Assembly: GCA_002269645.1 (NCBI GenBank)
Contig: NIVC01001529.1
Location: 41,317 to 105,316, forward strand
Direction: 5' to 3'
DNA: 64,000 bases
From: Macrostomum lignano
Lineage: Eukaryota
The notes under the pieces are model-generated. The model was not told the DNA's origin. It saw only the letters and a program-made list of their open reading frames with translations, and searched no databases. The translations under genes and the position numbers were made by a program. This document shows positions 32,427-44,700 of the stretch, piece by piece; positions within the stretch are counted from its first letter, which is position 1, and every line of letters begins with the position of its first letter.

Positions 32427-34414
32427 ATGCCCGAGAATCGGCCACCAGCACCGCCTGACTGCAACCTGCTGCCGCGGCCGCGGGGACGCCTCAGCTTCCT
32501 GTCCGAGGAGCAGCTGAAGAAGTTGCAGCAGCTGTACAAAGCCTCCGGCCTTCGGATGCGGACGTTCATCGTCTACTGTCTCATCCTCATCATGGCCAGC
32601 TCAGTCTCCCGGGAGAATCTCAGCTTGGACACTCGCCTGAGCTCATTTAGCAGCAGCCAGCTGGACGCGGCCACCCGGCAACGCTTGGCTCTTGAAGGAT
32701 TTCACAGCGACGGGGCTGGTGGCGCTCGCTGCTTCCACTGCGGCGCCAAGCGGCACTCGAACCAAGGACGACATGAGGATGCAGTTAATTGCACTCTGCA
32801 GAGGCTGCTGCGGCTTCTCAACCTATCAGAGCCAGCAGGTTTGGCCTCATTTATGCTCGAGCATTCCGAGCTCAGCAGATCCGCAGAGTTCCTCAGAAGG
32901 CTGAGAGAAGTTCTCAGACACCCCACTGTCGCCTTCGCCGAGTCTTTCGGCTACACTCCGGACGACTTGGCACTGGCTCTGATCGGGCACGGGTACGTCA
33001 CATTCGCTGGAAGCAGGCAGCGGCAGAGGGACATCAGCCAGCTTCGGGCGGGAGATCTAATCAGCCTGGCTCAGCAGCAGGAGGCTCCGCACGGCGATGC
33101 GAACACGCTGCCCTGGAGAATCACCGGGTTGCTGACTGCGGTCAGTCAGGGCCAGCGGCAGCAGGTCAAGGACAACACGCCCCAGCCGGTGGAGACCCGA
33201 CGAGATCCAATTGGCCCGTCGGCGGTACAGCAGCGAGAGACTCGGTGAGGTTCCAAAGATAAAGCCGGGGTCCAAGCGAGGGAGAGAGAGGGAAAGAGCT
33301 TGCAAACATGATGGCTAGCCAATCACAAGCTTCCGCTGGGCGACGGGGATGGAATGGGTTGGAAGAGCAGTTATATACAATAGCAGAGATAGAATACACA
33401 GCAGCAGAGATAGAATACACAGCAGCAGAGATAGAATACACTGCAGCAGAGATAGAATACACAGCAGCAGAGAAAGAATACACAGCAGCAGAGATAGAAT
33501 ACACTGCAGCAGAGATAGAATACACAGCAGCAGAGATAGAATACACAGCAGCAGAGATAGAATACACAGCAGCAGAGATAGAATACACAGCAGCAGAGAT
33601 AGAATACACAGCAGCAGAGATAGAATACACAGCAGCAGAGATAGAATACACAGCAGCAGAGATAGAATACACAGCAGCAGAGATAGAATACACAGCAGCA
33701 GAGATAGAATACACAGCAGCAGAGATAGAATACACAGCAGCAGAGATAGAATACACAGCAGCAGAGATAGAATACACTGCAGCAGAGATAGAATACACAG
33801 CAGCAGAGATAGAATACACAGCAGCAGAGATAGAATACACAGCAGCAGAGATAGAATACACAGCAGCAGAGATAGAATACACAGCAGCAGAGATAGAATA
33901 CACAGCAGCAGAGATAGAATACACTGCAGCAGAGATAGAATACACAGCAGCAGAGATAGAATACACAGCAGCAGAGATAGAATACACAGCAGCAGAGATA
34001 GAATACACAGCAGCAGAGATAGAATACACAGCAGCAGAGATAGAATACACAGCAGCAGAGATAGAATACACTGCAGCAGAGATATAATACACAGCATCAA
34101 ATAGTGGCAACCACTGAGTCAAATCCACCCACAGCGACCCGAAGCCGCCGCCACAGCCTCAGCGGCAGTCCCAGCCGGCAGCTCAGCCAAGGTCAGTCTC
34201 TGCCAGAGTGGAGGACAGGCCAGGCCAGCAGCCAGTGGAGGCTCCTGCGGATTCCAACAGCCCGATGTGCATTCTGTGCCAACAGCGTTGGAGGAATCGA
34301 GTATTGCTACCTTGCACTCATCTCGTGGCCTGCAATGTCTGCTTGCAGAACAGGACGAGCTGTCCCAGCTGTGGCGAATCTATCTTGGCCGCCATGAACG
34401 GCCTAATCTCCTAG
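32427..34414 (+). CDS. Divergent IAP-like protein (degenerate BIR, UBA-like segment, C3HC4 RING), 2 coding exons, ~365 aa
   Basis: Exons 32427..33244 and 34135..34414 (phase 2, GTGAGG / cccacag). BIR-like LALEGFHSDGAGGARCFHC..H..C; UBA-like HPTVAFAESFGY; IAP-type RING CILC..LLPCTHLVACNVC..CPSC at the C-terminus. Confidence 0.75.
33380..34095. repeat. 21-bp minisatellite gcagcagagatagaatacaca in the IAP-like intron
   Basis: About 33 copies, lying between donor 33245 and acceptor 34134. Confidence 0.95.
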
Positions 34415-34464
34415 ATATTGAACTTCAATTTGGCTTGTCTCAATTTACTATTGACTTACTTGAG

Positions 34465-35539
34465 TCAGCTGCAGGGTGCAGGATGCAGCGAGGAGGCGTT
34501 GCCGCCCAATTTGCTAACCCCTGGCGACCACGGGCAGCTATAGTGCTGCGGTGTCGCGCAGGGAGTTCCAGTGGTGCCGGTGTCCTCAACGCGGCCCCTC
34601 TCCGGAGAGTCCAGGACGTGGATGGTCGCTCGCCCGGTAGCCCTTAGGTAGCGGACGAGCTGGCAGAGATTCTCGGGCCTGAAAACGTCTGAAGGGCCTG
34701 AAGAGGTCCCGGTTTTTAAACCGAGATGGGTGAGCCTGTCCTGAGTAAAGGCGGGGCATTCACAGATGAAGTGCTCCGCATTCTCGACACCGGAGAGACA
34801 GAAGGGGCATTCCTCACTACAGATTTGTCCCTGACGGTAACGATGGCTGGCAAAACAGCCATGACACGAGAGAGCCATGGTCACCGCCCTGATGTCCCTG
34901 CGGTTGAGTCCAAGCAGGGCCTGTGCAAGGCTGAGGAAGGACAGGGGACGCCGCGCGGGATTGCCGGCAGTCGGGGGCATTAACTCACCTTTCCCTGTGC
35001 ATTGAAGCCACCCACTGGTTGATCCGAGTATTGACAACGGCGGTGGGGTGGGGCTACGGGCAGGGGACCGGCCAACTCGTTGCCAGGGTGGCCCGAGTTC
35101 CCGGCGATCCACCTTAGGGACACCTTGTTGTAGGCGCCTAAGCGGTTGAGCTGCCCGATGCAGTCGAGGACTGTACGCGAGCAGGTGGTGGTGCACTCAA
35201 GGGCGTGGATCGCCACTTGACTGTCCGAGTGGAGGATAATTTCCTTCCCCAGATGCGCTGCAGATTGTACATCTCCGTGGCACAGGAGCTGATGGCGAGA
35301 ACTTCGTTCTGGAAGACGGTGGAGCAGGTGCCGGTGTGCTGGGAGAAGGTCGCCACAGTTCTCCCTCCAGACACGATGCAGTAGCCGTAGCCAGAGGCGG
35401 AGTTGATTTGGGACCCGTCAGTGAAGCAGTGGATTTCACGGGATTTCCTGTTGTCCCTTGCTTCATGACGTGGTGGAATGCTGGTTTTGAATTTGAGCCG
35501 AGGGCAGAGCGTGGACGGGATTCCGTCCGAGAGGGTCAT
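34465..35539 (-). mobile_element. 5'-truncated, frameshifted non-LTR retrotransposon fragment with RNase H and a C-terminal Cys/His motif (LOA/R1/I-type architecture)
   Basis: Split across three frames: CFTDGSQ..TVFQNEV; AIHAL..LRWIAGNSGHPGNELA; LLGLNRRDIRAVTMALSCHG..CPFC..ENAEHFICECPAF. Confidence 0.85.
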
Positions 35540-35749
35540 TAGGCCTCCCGTTGCTTTTGTTAATTAGTTTCTAGCATGTACTTAATTTTTTTAATTTTAC
35601 ATCATTCTGCTTTGTAAATTATCATAAAACACAATAAAGCACTTGTTATACTAATAGAAGTTCAACAACACAGAGAGTGTTTCTATTTACAGATTTTGCC
35701 ACTGGTCTTTCAGTTTTATTATATTGGCCGGGTTTTGTAACACGCGTAC

Positions 35750-37055
35750 ATGTGTTGGACTGGTCAGTGTCCTACTGGTCTGCTCTTTGATTGTGTCCTA
35801 ATGGACTGGTCTGTGTCCTGTTGGACTGGTCTGTGTCCTGTTGGACTGGTCAGTGTCCTACTGGTCTGCTCTTTGATTGTGTCCTAATGGACTGGTCTGT
35901 GTCCTGTTGGACTGGTCTGTGTCCTGTTGGACTGGTCTGTGTCCTACTGGTCTGCTCTTTGATTGTGTCCTAATGGACTGATCTGTGTCCTGTTGGACTG
36001 ATCTGTGTCCTGTTGGACTGGTCTGTGTCCTGTTGGACTGATCTGTGTCCTGTTGGACTGGTCTGTGTCCTGTTGGACTGGTCTGTGTCCTGTTGGACTG
36101 GTCTGTGTCCTGTTGGACTGGTCTGTGTCCTGTTGGACTGATCTGTGTCCTGTTGGACTGATCTGTGTCCTGTTGGACTGATCTGTGTCCTGTTGGACTG
36201 GTCTGTGTCCTGTTGGACTGGTCTGTGTCCTACTGGTCTGCTCTTTGATTGTGTCCTAATGGACTGATCTGTGTCCTGTTGGACTGATCTGTGTCCTGTT
36301 GGACTGGTCTGTGTCCTGTTGGACTGATCTGTGTCCTGTTGGACTGGTCTGTGTCCTGTTGGACTGATCTGTGTCCTGTTGGACTGATCTGTGTCCTGTT
36401 GGACTGGTCTGTGTCCTAATGGACTGATCTGTGTCCTGTTGGACTGATCTGTGTCCTGTTGGACTGGTCTGTGTCCTGTTGGACTGATCTGTGTCCTGTT
36501 GGACTGGTCTGTGTCCTGTTGGACTGATCTGTGTCCTGTTGGACTGGTCTGTGTACTGTTGGACTGGTCTGTGTCCTAATGGACTGATCTGTGTCCTGTT
36601 GGACTGATCTGTGTCCTGTTGGACTGGTCTGTGTCCTGTTGGACTGATCTGTGTCCTGTTGGACTGGTCTGTGTCCTGTTGGACTGATCTGTGTCCTGTT
36701 GGACTGATCTGTGTCCTGTTGGACTGGTCTGTGTCCTGTTGGACTGATCTGTGTCCTGTTGGACTGGTCTGTGTCCTGTTGGACTGGTCTGTGTCCTGTT
36801 GGACTGGTCTGTGTCCTGTTGGACTGGTCTGTGTCCTGTTGGACTGGTCTGTGTCCTGTTGGACTGATCTGTGTCCTGTTGGACTGGTCTGTGTCCTGTT
36901 GGACTGATCTGTGTCCTGTTGGACTGATCTGTGTCCTGTTGGACTGGTCTGTGTCCTGTTGGACTGGTCTGTGTCCTGTTGGACTGGTCTGTGTCCTACT
37001 GGTCTGCTCTTTGATTGTGTCCTAATGGACTGGTCTGTCCTAATGGACTGGTCTG
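35750..37055. repeat. 20-bp minisatellite ggactggtctgtgtcctgtt with interspersed variant units
   Basis: Seen directly; the variant block ctactggtctgctctttgattgtgtcctaat recurs. Confidence 0.95.
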
Positions 37056-37489
37056 CGCCCTGCCTATTGTCAGCAGGCCGCATCCGCATGTCTGCACTAA
37101 ACATTGAAGTCAAGTCGCAAACAACAACCAGATTTGTTAGATTTGCCAAACCAAGAAGATTTACAACGAAAAGAATTTTTCTTGATTTTTCATTATATTT
37201 ATTCTTTTAACACAGACATGCAGGTCAACGCAGACGTTAATAAGTCAATGAAAGATAAAGACAAGAGATTAAATAATAATGTGACAAAATTATGAAACAG
37301 AAATAATGTTAGAAAGCACCCAAAATTCCATGCGAGAATGTACTTTATGCTTGACATTGAAGCAGATTTAATGTCAATATTCTGAGTGAGGAATTACATG
37401 TAAGCACGAAGCTTCGAGCCAGCAGGATAAAATTCATTACTGTCAGTAGCTTGTAACGGAACTGCAAACTACAGATCAAGTTTGAGGAC

Positions 37490-38920
37490 AATTCTCGGGG
37501 TAGTTTAGGGGCGATTCTTGGGGGTAGTTTAGGGGCGATTTTTGGGGGTAGTTTAGGGGCGATTCTTGGGGGTAGTTTAGGGGCGATTCTCGGGGGTAGT
37601 TTAGGGGCGATTCTCGGGGGTAGTTTAGGGGCGATTCTTGGGGGTAGTTTAGGGGCGATTCTCGGGGGTAGTTTAGGGGCGATTCTCGGGGTAGTTTAGG
37701 GGCGATTCTCGGGGTAGTTTAGGGGCGATTCTCGGGGTAGTTTAGGGGCGATTCTTGGGGTAGTTTAGGGGCGATTCTTGGGGTTAGTTTAGGGGCGATT
37801 CTTGGGGGTAGTTTATGGGCGATTCTTGGGGGTAGTTTAGGGGCGATTCTCGGGGGTAGTTTAGGGGCGATTCTCGGGGTAGTTTAGGGGCGATTCTTGG
37901 GGGTAGTTTAGGGGCGATTTTTGGGGGTAGTTTAGGGGCGATTCTTGGGGGTAGTTTAGGGGCGATTCTCGGGGTAGTTTAGGGGCGATTCTCGGGGTAG
38001 TTTAGGGGCGATTCTTGGGGGTAGTTTAGGGGCGATTCTCGGGGGTAGTTTAGGGGCGATTCTCGGGGTAGTTTAGGGGCGATTCTCGGGGGTAGTTTAG
38101 GGGCGATTCTCGGGGTAGTTTAGGGGCGATTCTTGGGGGTAGTTTAGGGGCGATTCTTGGGGTTAGTTTAGGGGCGATTCTTGGGGGTAGTTTATGGGCG
38201 ATTCTTGGGGGTAGTTTAGGGGCGATTCTCGGGGTAGTTTAGGGGCGATTCTCGGGGTAGTTTAGGGGCGATTCTCGGGGTAGTTTAGGGGCGATTCTTG
38301 GGGTAGTTTAGGGGCGATTCTTGGGGGTAGTTTAGGGGCGATTCTCGGGGGTAGTTTAGGGGCGATTCTTGGGGTAGTTTAGGGGCGATTCTCGGGGGTA
38401 GTTTAGGGGCGATTCTCGGGGTAGTTTAGGGGCGATTCTTGGGGGTAGTTTAGGGGCGATTCTTGGGGTTAGTTTAGGGGCGATTCTTGGGGGTAGTTTA
38501 TGGGCGATTCTTGGGGGTAGTTTAGGGGCGATTCTCGGGGGTAGTTTATGGGCGATTCTCGGGGTAGTTTAGGGGCGATTCTCGGGGTAGTTTAGGGGCG
38601 ATTCTTGGGGGTAGTTTAGGGGCGATTCTCGGGGGTAGTTTAGGGGCGATTCTCGGGGTAGTTTAGGGGCGATTCTTGGGGGTAGTTTAGGGGCGATTCT
38701 TGGGGGTAGTTTAGGGGCGATTTTTGGGGTTAGTTTAGGGGCGATTTTTGAGGGTAGTTTAGAGGCGATTCTCGGGGTAGTTTAGGGGGGATTCTTGGGG
38801 GTACTTTATGGGCGATTCTTGGGGGTACTTTATGGGCGATTCTTGGGGTAGTTTATGGGCGATTCTTGGGGGTACTTTATGGGCGATTCTCGGGGGTAGT
38901 TTAGGGGCGATTCTTGGGGC
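37490..38920. repeat. ~23-bp G-rich minisatellite gggggtagtttaggggcgattct
   Basis: About 60 copies, seen directly. Confidence 0.95.
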
Positions 38921-39149
38921 GACAATCAATGCTCTACTCTCAGAAACTTTCAAGTTAGCATCCAGAAGCAAGAAATAAAAAATAGAAGGCTTACAACAGA
39001 CTTCAGAATAACTGACAAGGTAGCAGACTGTGCCAGTTAACAAACTGACTTAATAACTTGAAAGAAACACTTCAGCGTTTTAAAAACTGAGAAAATACTC
39101 ATAGTCAATAATAGAGTTTTTTATTGCCGATGGGCGATTCAAGGTGAAC

Positions 39150-41289
39150 CTACATCAGCTGCTGATGATGCTGTTGCTGCTGCTGTTGTTGTTGCTGCGG
39201 ATGCTGGTAGGAGGATGAAGGCAGCGTCAGACGCTGAATAGTGATGGGAGCGTTAATCAATTGCGGCTGCTGCATTGGCTGGCCAGAGTGACTGCTGATG
39301 ATTCTCTGGAATGTGGGCGAGTTGAGATAGATGAGATATACGATCCAGTGGATCAGGATGCCTAGGTAATTAGGCCACTGGATACCCAAATAATAGGGGC
39401 AACTGACACCCAGATACTCAGGAGACCTGACACCCAGATACTCAGGAGACCTGACACCCAAATACTCAGGAGACCTGACACCCAGATACTCAGGAGACCT
39501 GACACCCGGATACTCAGGAGACCTGACACCCAGATACTCAGGAGACCTGAAACCCAAATACTCAGGAGACCTGACACACAGATACTCAGGAGACCTGACA
39601 CCCAGATACTCAGGAGACCGGTCAACCAGACATTCTGGGTGTCTGAGTAGAAGCAGTAGCCCGGACAGCCAGATACTCAGGAGGCCGGACACCCAGGTTC
39701 TCAGGAGACCGGACACCCAGATAGAGACCGGACAACCAGGTGCTCAGGAGACCTGACACCCAGATACTCAGGAGACCTGACACCCAGATACTCAGGAGAC
39801 CTGAAACCCAAATACTCAGGAGACCTGACACCCGGATACTCAGAAGACCTGACACCCGGATACTCAGGAGACCTGAAACCCAAATACTCAGGAGACCTGA
39901 CACCCAAATACTCAGGAGACCTGAAACCCAAATACTCAGGAGACCTGACACCCGGATACTCAGGAGACCTGACACCCAGATACTCAGGAGACCGGACACC
40001 CAGATACTCAGGAAACCGGACACCCAGATACTCAGTAGACCGGACACCCAGATACTCAAGACACCTCACCCCGGACGGTGCTCACCATGCTGCCAGGAGC
40101 AGCGGGCTGGAAGCTGGCAGGATCCATAATGCGGCTGATCTTGGCAGGCGGCGGGCCAGCGGTGGCTACAGGGTTGATGACCATCGTCTGAGGGCGAGAA
40201 GGTTCGGGAGGGTCGGGCTGTTTACAATGCGACGCTCTAGTTGTCTGGTTGACATTGGAGAGTCACCAATTATTGCCAAGCCAATTACCAAGATTAACAT
40301 TCATAAATTAGACAAAAAACTGAATAGAAAAACGAAATTAAAAAAATTATAGCTGAACCGATAAAAAAGGACGCTTTGGAGTACGTACAAGTAGATAAGA
40401 TGACAATTATTTTGAACACTGAGTAGAAGCAGCACATCTCGCCTTAAAATTTTGAAGAGAAATGTGGCATACTAGACATTCGAAATTTCATTTTCGGTGG
40501 TCACGTGACCCGCTGGATGACGCTCTCTTTGTCAATGATTGTAGCTATCTAGATAACTAGTAAAGCTCTTACATTCCAGCGGCCCAGGCTCGATTCCCAG
40601 TGCAGTCACATTAATCTGGCCGGGGCTGAATTGGAATCTCGGCTTGGCTCTGCTCGTGCAATTAACGACCTTGAGGGCCAACCCCCAAGGCACAGTGAAG
40701 TGTACATGCCTAACGATAAATAAAGTTAGGGCCGCTGTACACTCCTGTGTGAGTGTGTGCCTGTGAGTATGACTGCGTACGTATCCTTGCGCTTGTGTGC
40801 CTGCTCAGGGGAGTCGGCGGAATGGGCAGTAATGCCTCTCGCAGGTTGTGTGACAATGTCGCCTAAAGTGCGTTAGGGTGCACACAACCTCCAACTTTAA
40901 CTAAAAAGGCCACTCAGCAAATTTATAAGACGCTGCCCAATGTCTAGAAGGTGTGGCACTGAAATTAATTGAAACGGAAAAGTACCATCAACACCAACTA
41001 TAATTGATGCAGTGCATAATTAAAGAGAAAGAGCCTTATTAATATAAATTCAGCTCATATCGATAAGATCGACGCACCAAGACACAGATTCATGAATTAA
41101 CTGATTAAACAAAGACAACCGATCCAACACCAAAACAGTATTTTCAAAATTAGGTGAGCCAAATTAATTTAAGATCTCAATTTAAGGTCTCAAAGCGTGG
41201 CTCTGTACTCAATGTCTTCGTATCTGTTTATCTGTGTCTCATAGTCTTTTTGCTGTCTGTCTGTCTGTCTGTCTGTCTTTCTGTCTGTG

Positions 41290-41354
<65 letters not shown>

Positions 41355-41377
41355 TTCTGTCTGTCTGTCTGTCTGTG

Positions 41378-41454
<77 letters not shown>

Positions 41455-41457
41455 TAG

Positions 41458-41490
<33 letters not shown>

Positions 41491-41493
41491 TAG

Positions 41494-41554
<61 letters not shown>

Positions 41555-41565
41555 TTCTGTCTGTG

Positions 41566-41624
<59 letters not shown>

Positions 41625-41635
41625 GTGTCTGTCTT

Positions 41636-41712
<77 letters not shown>

Positions 41713-44700
41713 GTGTCTGTCTGTCTTTCTGTCTGTCTGTGTGTCTGTCTGTCTCGCCTATCCAGGTTACCTTAGCAGCGTGGGGTTGATGAGGCAAAGG
41801 CGGATGCGGCAGCTGAGGCTGCTGGTAATAGCCATAGCGGCTATTGAAATCGCAGCCAGTTCCATAGCCCGGAGGCCCGGCAGCAGCAGGAAAGGCATTT
41901 CGCTGCTGATAATACTGCTGCTGCTGCTGCTGATAGCTCTGTGGCTATTATAGAATTATTTTTCATAGGATAATTAAGACATTAAATAATTTCATTGAAG
42001 GAGAAAAAATTGATTAACTACATATAGTAAAATAGATCTATTGACGCACTACTTTAACACGACATAGCATGGAACACCAAAAGTACGACATACGTTCTTT
42101 TTAAAAAATAAACAAATATAAAATAATGAGTCTAGGTAAGCGATTTGCTAAGATTTTATCAACTAAAGCTAAGCACTAATTGCAACGAGAATGTTTCACA
42201 TTTTCTGAATTGTCATCACGCAGCGGATATGGCTAATACTCGTACGTGTTTGCAATCATATAAATACGAGTAATTATGGGTAGATTACTGAACTAAGACA
42301 CCAATACTTAATCACTGAAGGGATTGCTAATCTGTGCTCCTAATTTCTGAATGGATTGCTAATCCGTGCTCCTAATTGCATAATGGATTGCTAATCTGTG
42401 CTTCTGATTGCATAATGGATTGCTAATCTGTGCTCCTAATTGCATAATGGATTGCTAATCTGCGCTCCTAATTGCATAATGGATTGCTAATCTGTGCTCC
42501 TAATTGCATAATGGATTGCTAATCTGTGCTCCTAATTGCATAATGGATTGCTAATCAGTGCTCCTAATTTCTGAATGGATTGCTAATCTGTGCTCCTGAT
42601 TGCATAATGGATTGCTAATCTGTGCTCCTAATTGCATAATGGATTGCTAATCTGTGCTCCTGATTGCATAATGGATTGCTAATCTGTGCTCCTAATTGCA
42701 TAATGGATTGCTAATCTGCGCTCCTAATTGCATAATGGATTGCTAATCTGTGCTCCTAATTGCATAATGGATTGCTAATCTGTGCTCCTAATTGCATAAT
42801 GGATTGCTAATCTGTGCTCCTAATTGCATAATGGATTGCTAATCTGTGCTCCTAATTGCATAATGGATTGCTAATTTTGGCTCCGAAACTTCAAACTAAT
42901 TAAGTGAATCTCAGCAGCTATAAAAAGCGAATATCAAATTTGAGTAAAACTCTATCTCTGCTACTTATATGCAAGCAGTAGTAAACAGAGGTCAAGAAGA
43001 GGACTGATTCAAAGCCCAACTCACAGCAGACTGCATCGGGCGCATGGTGTACACCGAGGTTGTTGCTACGCCGGCAGGGAATTTACCCGCCGGCTGGGAC
43101 ACAATCTGGTGCCTGTACTGCGGCTGCTGATGGTGCTGATGGTGCGGGTTGGAAGGATGAGACGGAGGCATGTACACCATGACGTGCGGCTGAGTCTGCG
43201 GCTGCGGCGGCTGCGCCCTGACTACAGGCGGCTGCTGCAGCTGCGGCGCCGGCTGTCTCTGCTGAAACCGAGTCCGCATGTCGCGCAAGAACTCATCCTG
43301 ATCGGCCGGGATGGAGGCCACAATGCTTCCTAGCTGGGCGTCGTAGCGCGCCACCAGGCAGCGCGCCAGCTGGGTGGCGCCGGGCGCTCCGGCCGGCCGA
43401 GAGGTCTTTAAATCGCAGAAAATCAGAGCCATCTGCAGTGGGGAGGGGTTGGTGGTGCAGGGTGCTGAGGGCGAGTGATGCAGAGCGATAACAGGTGGCA
43501 TAGATCGGTGCCGACAGCAAGCAATCAGTTTGGATTAGCAGTTATTTTTTGGATTAGCGGTAGCGTTGAACTCAGATGTACGACTTGGATCTCTTATCCT
43601 CCATCTACCATCTCTTAACCGCTATCTACCATCTCTTAACCGCTATCTACCATCAGTTGCCCTCCATCTACCATCTCTTACTCTCTATCTACCATCTCTT
43701 ACCCTCTATCTACCATCTCTTATACCCTCCATCTACCATCTCTTACCCTCTATCTACCATATCTTATACCCTCCATCTACCATCTCTTATACCCTCCATC
43801 TACCATCTCTTACCTCCATCTACCATCATTTGCCCTCCATCTACAATCTCTTACCCTCCATCTACCATCTCTTACCCTCCATCTACCATCTCTTACCCTC
43901 CATCTACCATCTCTTACCCTCTATCTACCATCTCTTACCCTCCATCTACCATCATTTGCCCTCCATCTACCATCATTTGATCTCAGTCTATTATCTCTTA
44001 CCCTCTATCTACCATCATTTGCCCTCCATCTACCATCATTTGATCTCAGTCTACCATCTCTTACCCCTCCATCTACCATCTCTTATACCCTCCATCTACC
44101 ATCTCTTATACCCTCCATCTACCATCATTTGCCCTCTATCTACCATCTCTTATCATTTGTCTACTTTTCCTAACATTATGATGTACGTCAATAGAACACA
44201 AAAATAACTCAAATAATTATGGGATGCTGTCACACCGAAAGTACGGACAGAGTTATAAAATATAAAATCCAACTCCTTCATTTCAACATCACTAAGCAAG
44301 GTGACGTTATAAATTTATAACCCAGAGCCAACCATGACAGATTCGAATACGGCAAGATAAACAGGGAAAAAATTACAACGGAATTGGCCTCATAATCAAG
44401 TTCCTAAAATATAGCTCAGTGCTCCCTATCAGCACATCACCAAATTAGAATTATGGAACGCTAAATTAATTCGCAACAACCGCACACAACACTAATCAAA
44501 TCAAAGACTACTTAAAGTAGCAGTAAACCGAGCTGTTTACGCAAAAAATACACTACACGCACTCATGCACACGCTCACAAAGGGTGCACAGCGGCCCTTG
44601 ACTACTAGAATAACTAGATGAGCCACTCAGCACATTTGCGTGTAAGCTACTTTCAGTTCAGTAGTAAGTTAAACTGAAGCATTTTAATGTATTTTTAAAG

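Noticed and set aside
33166-34128. EIEYTAA and AVYSISA repeat ORFs resembling repeat proteins
   Set aside because: The 21-bp array is open in several frames and lies between a good donor (33245) and acceptor (34134) that join the IAP-like frames.
34465-34540. Shared 3' tail between the LINE fragment and the SINE
   Set aside because: Only about 9 nt (cgccaggg) match, which is not significant.
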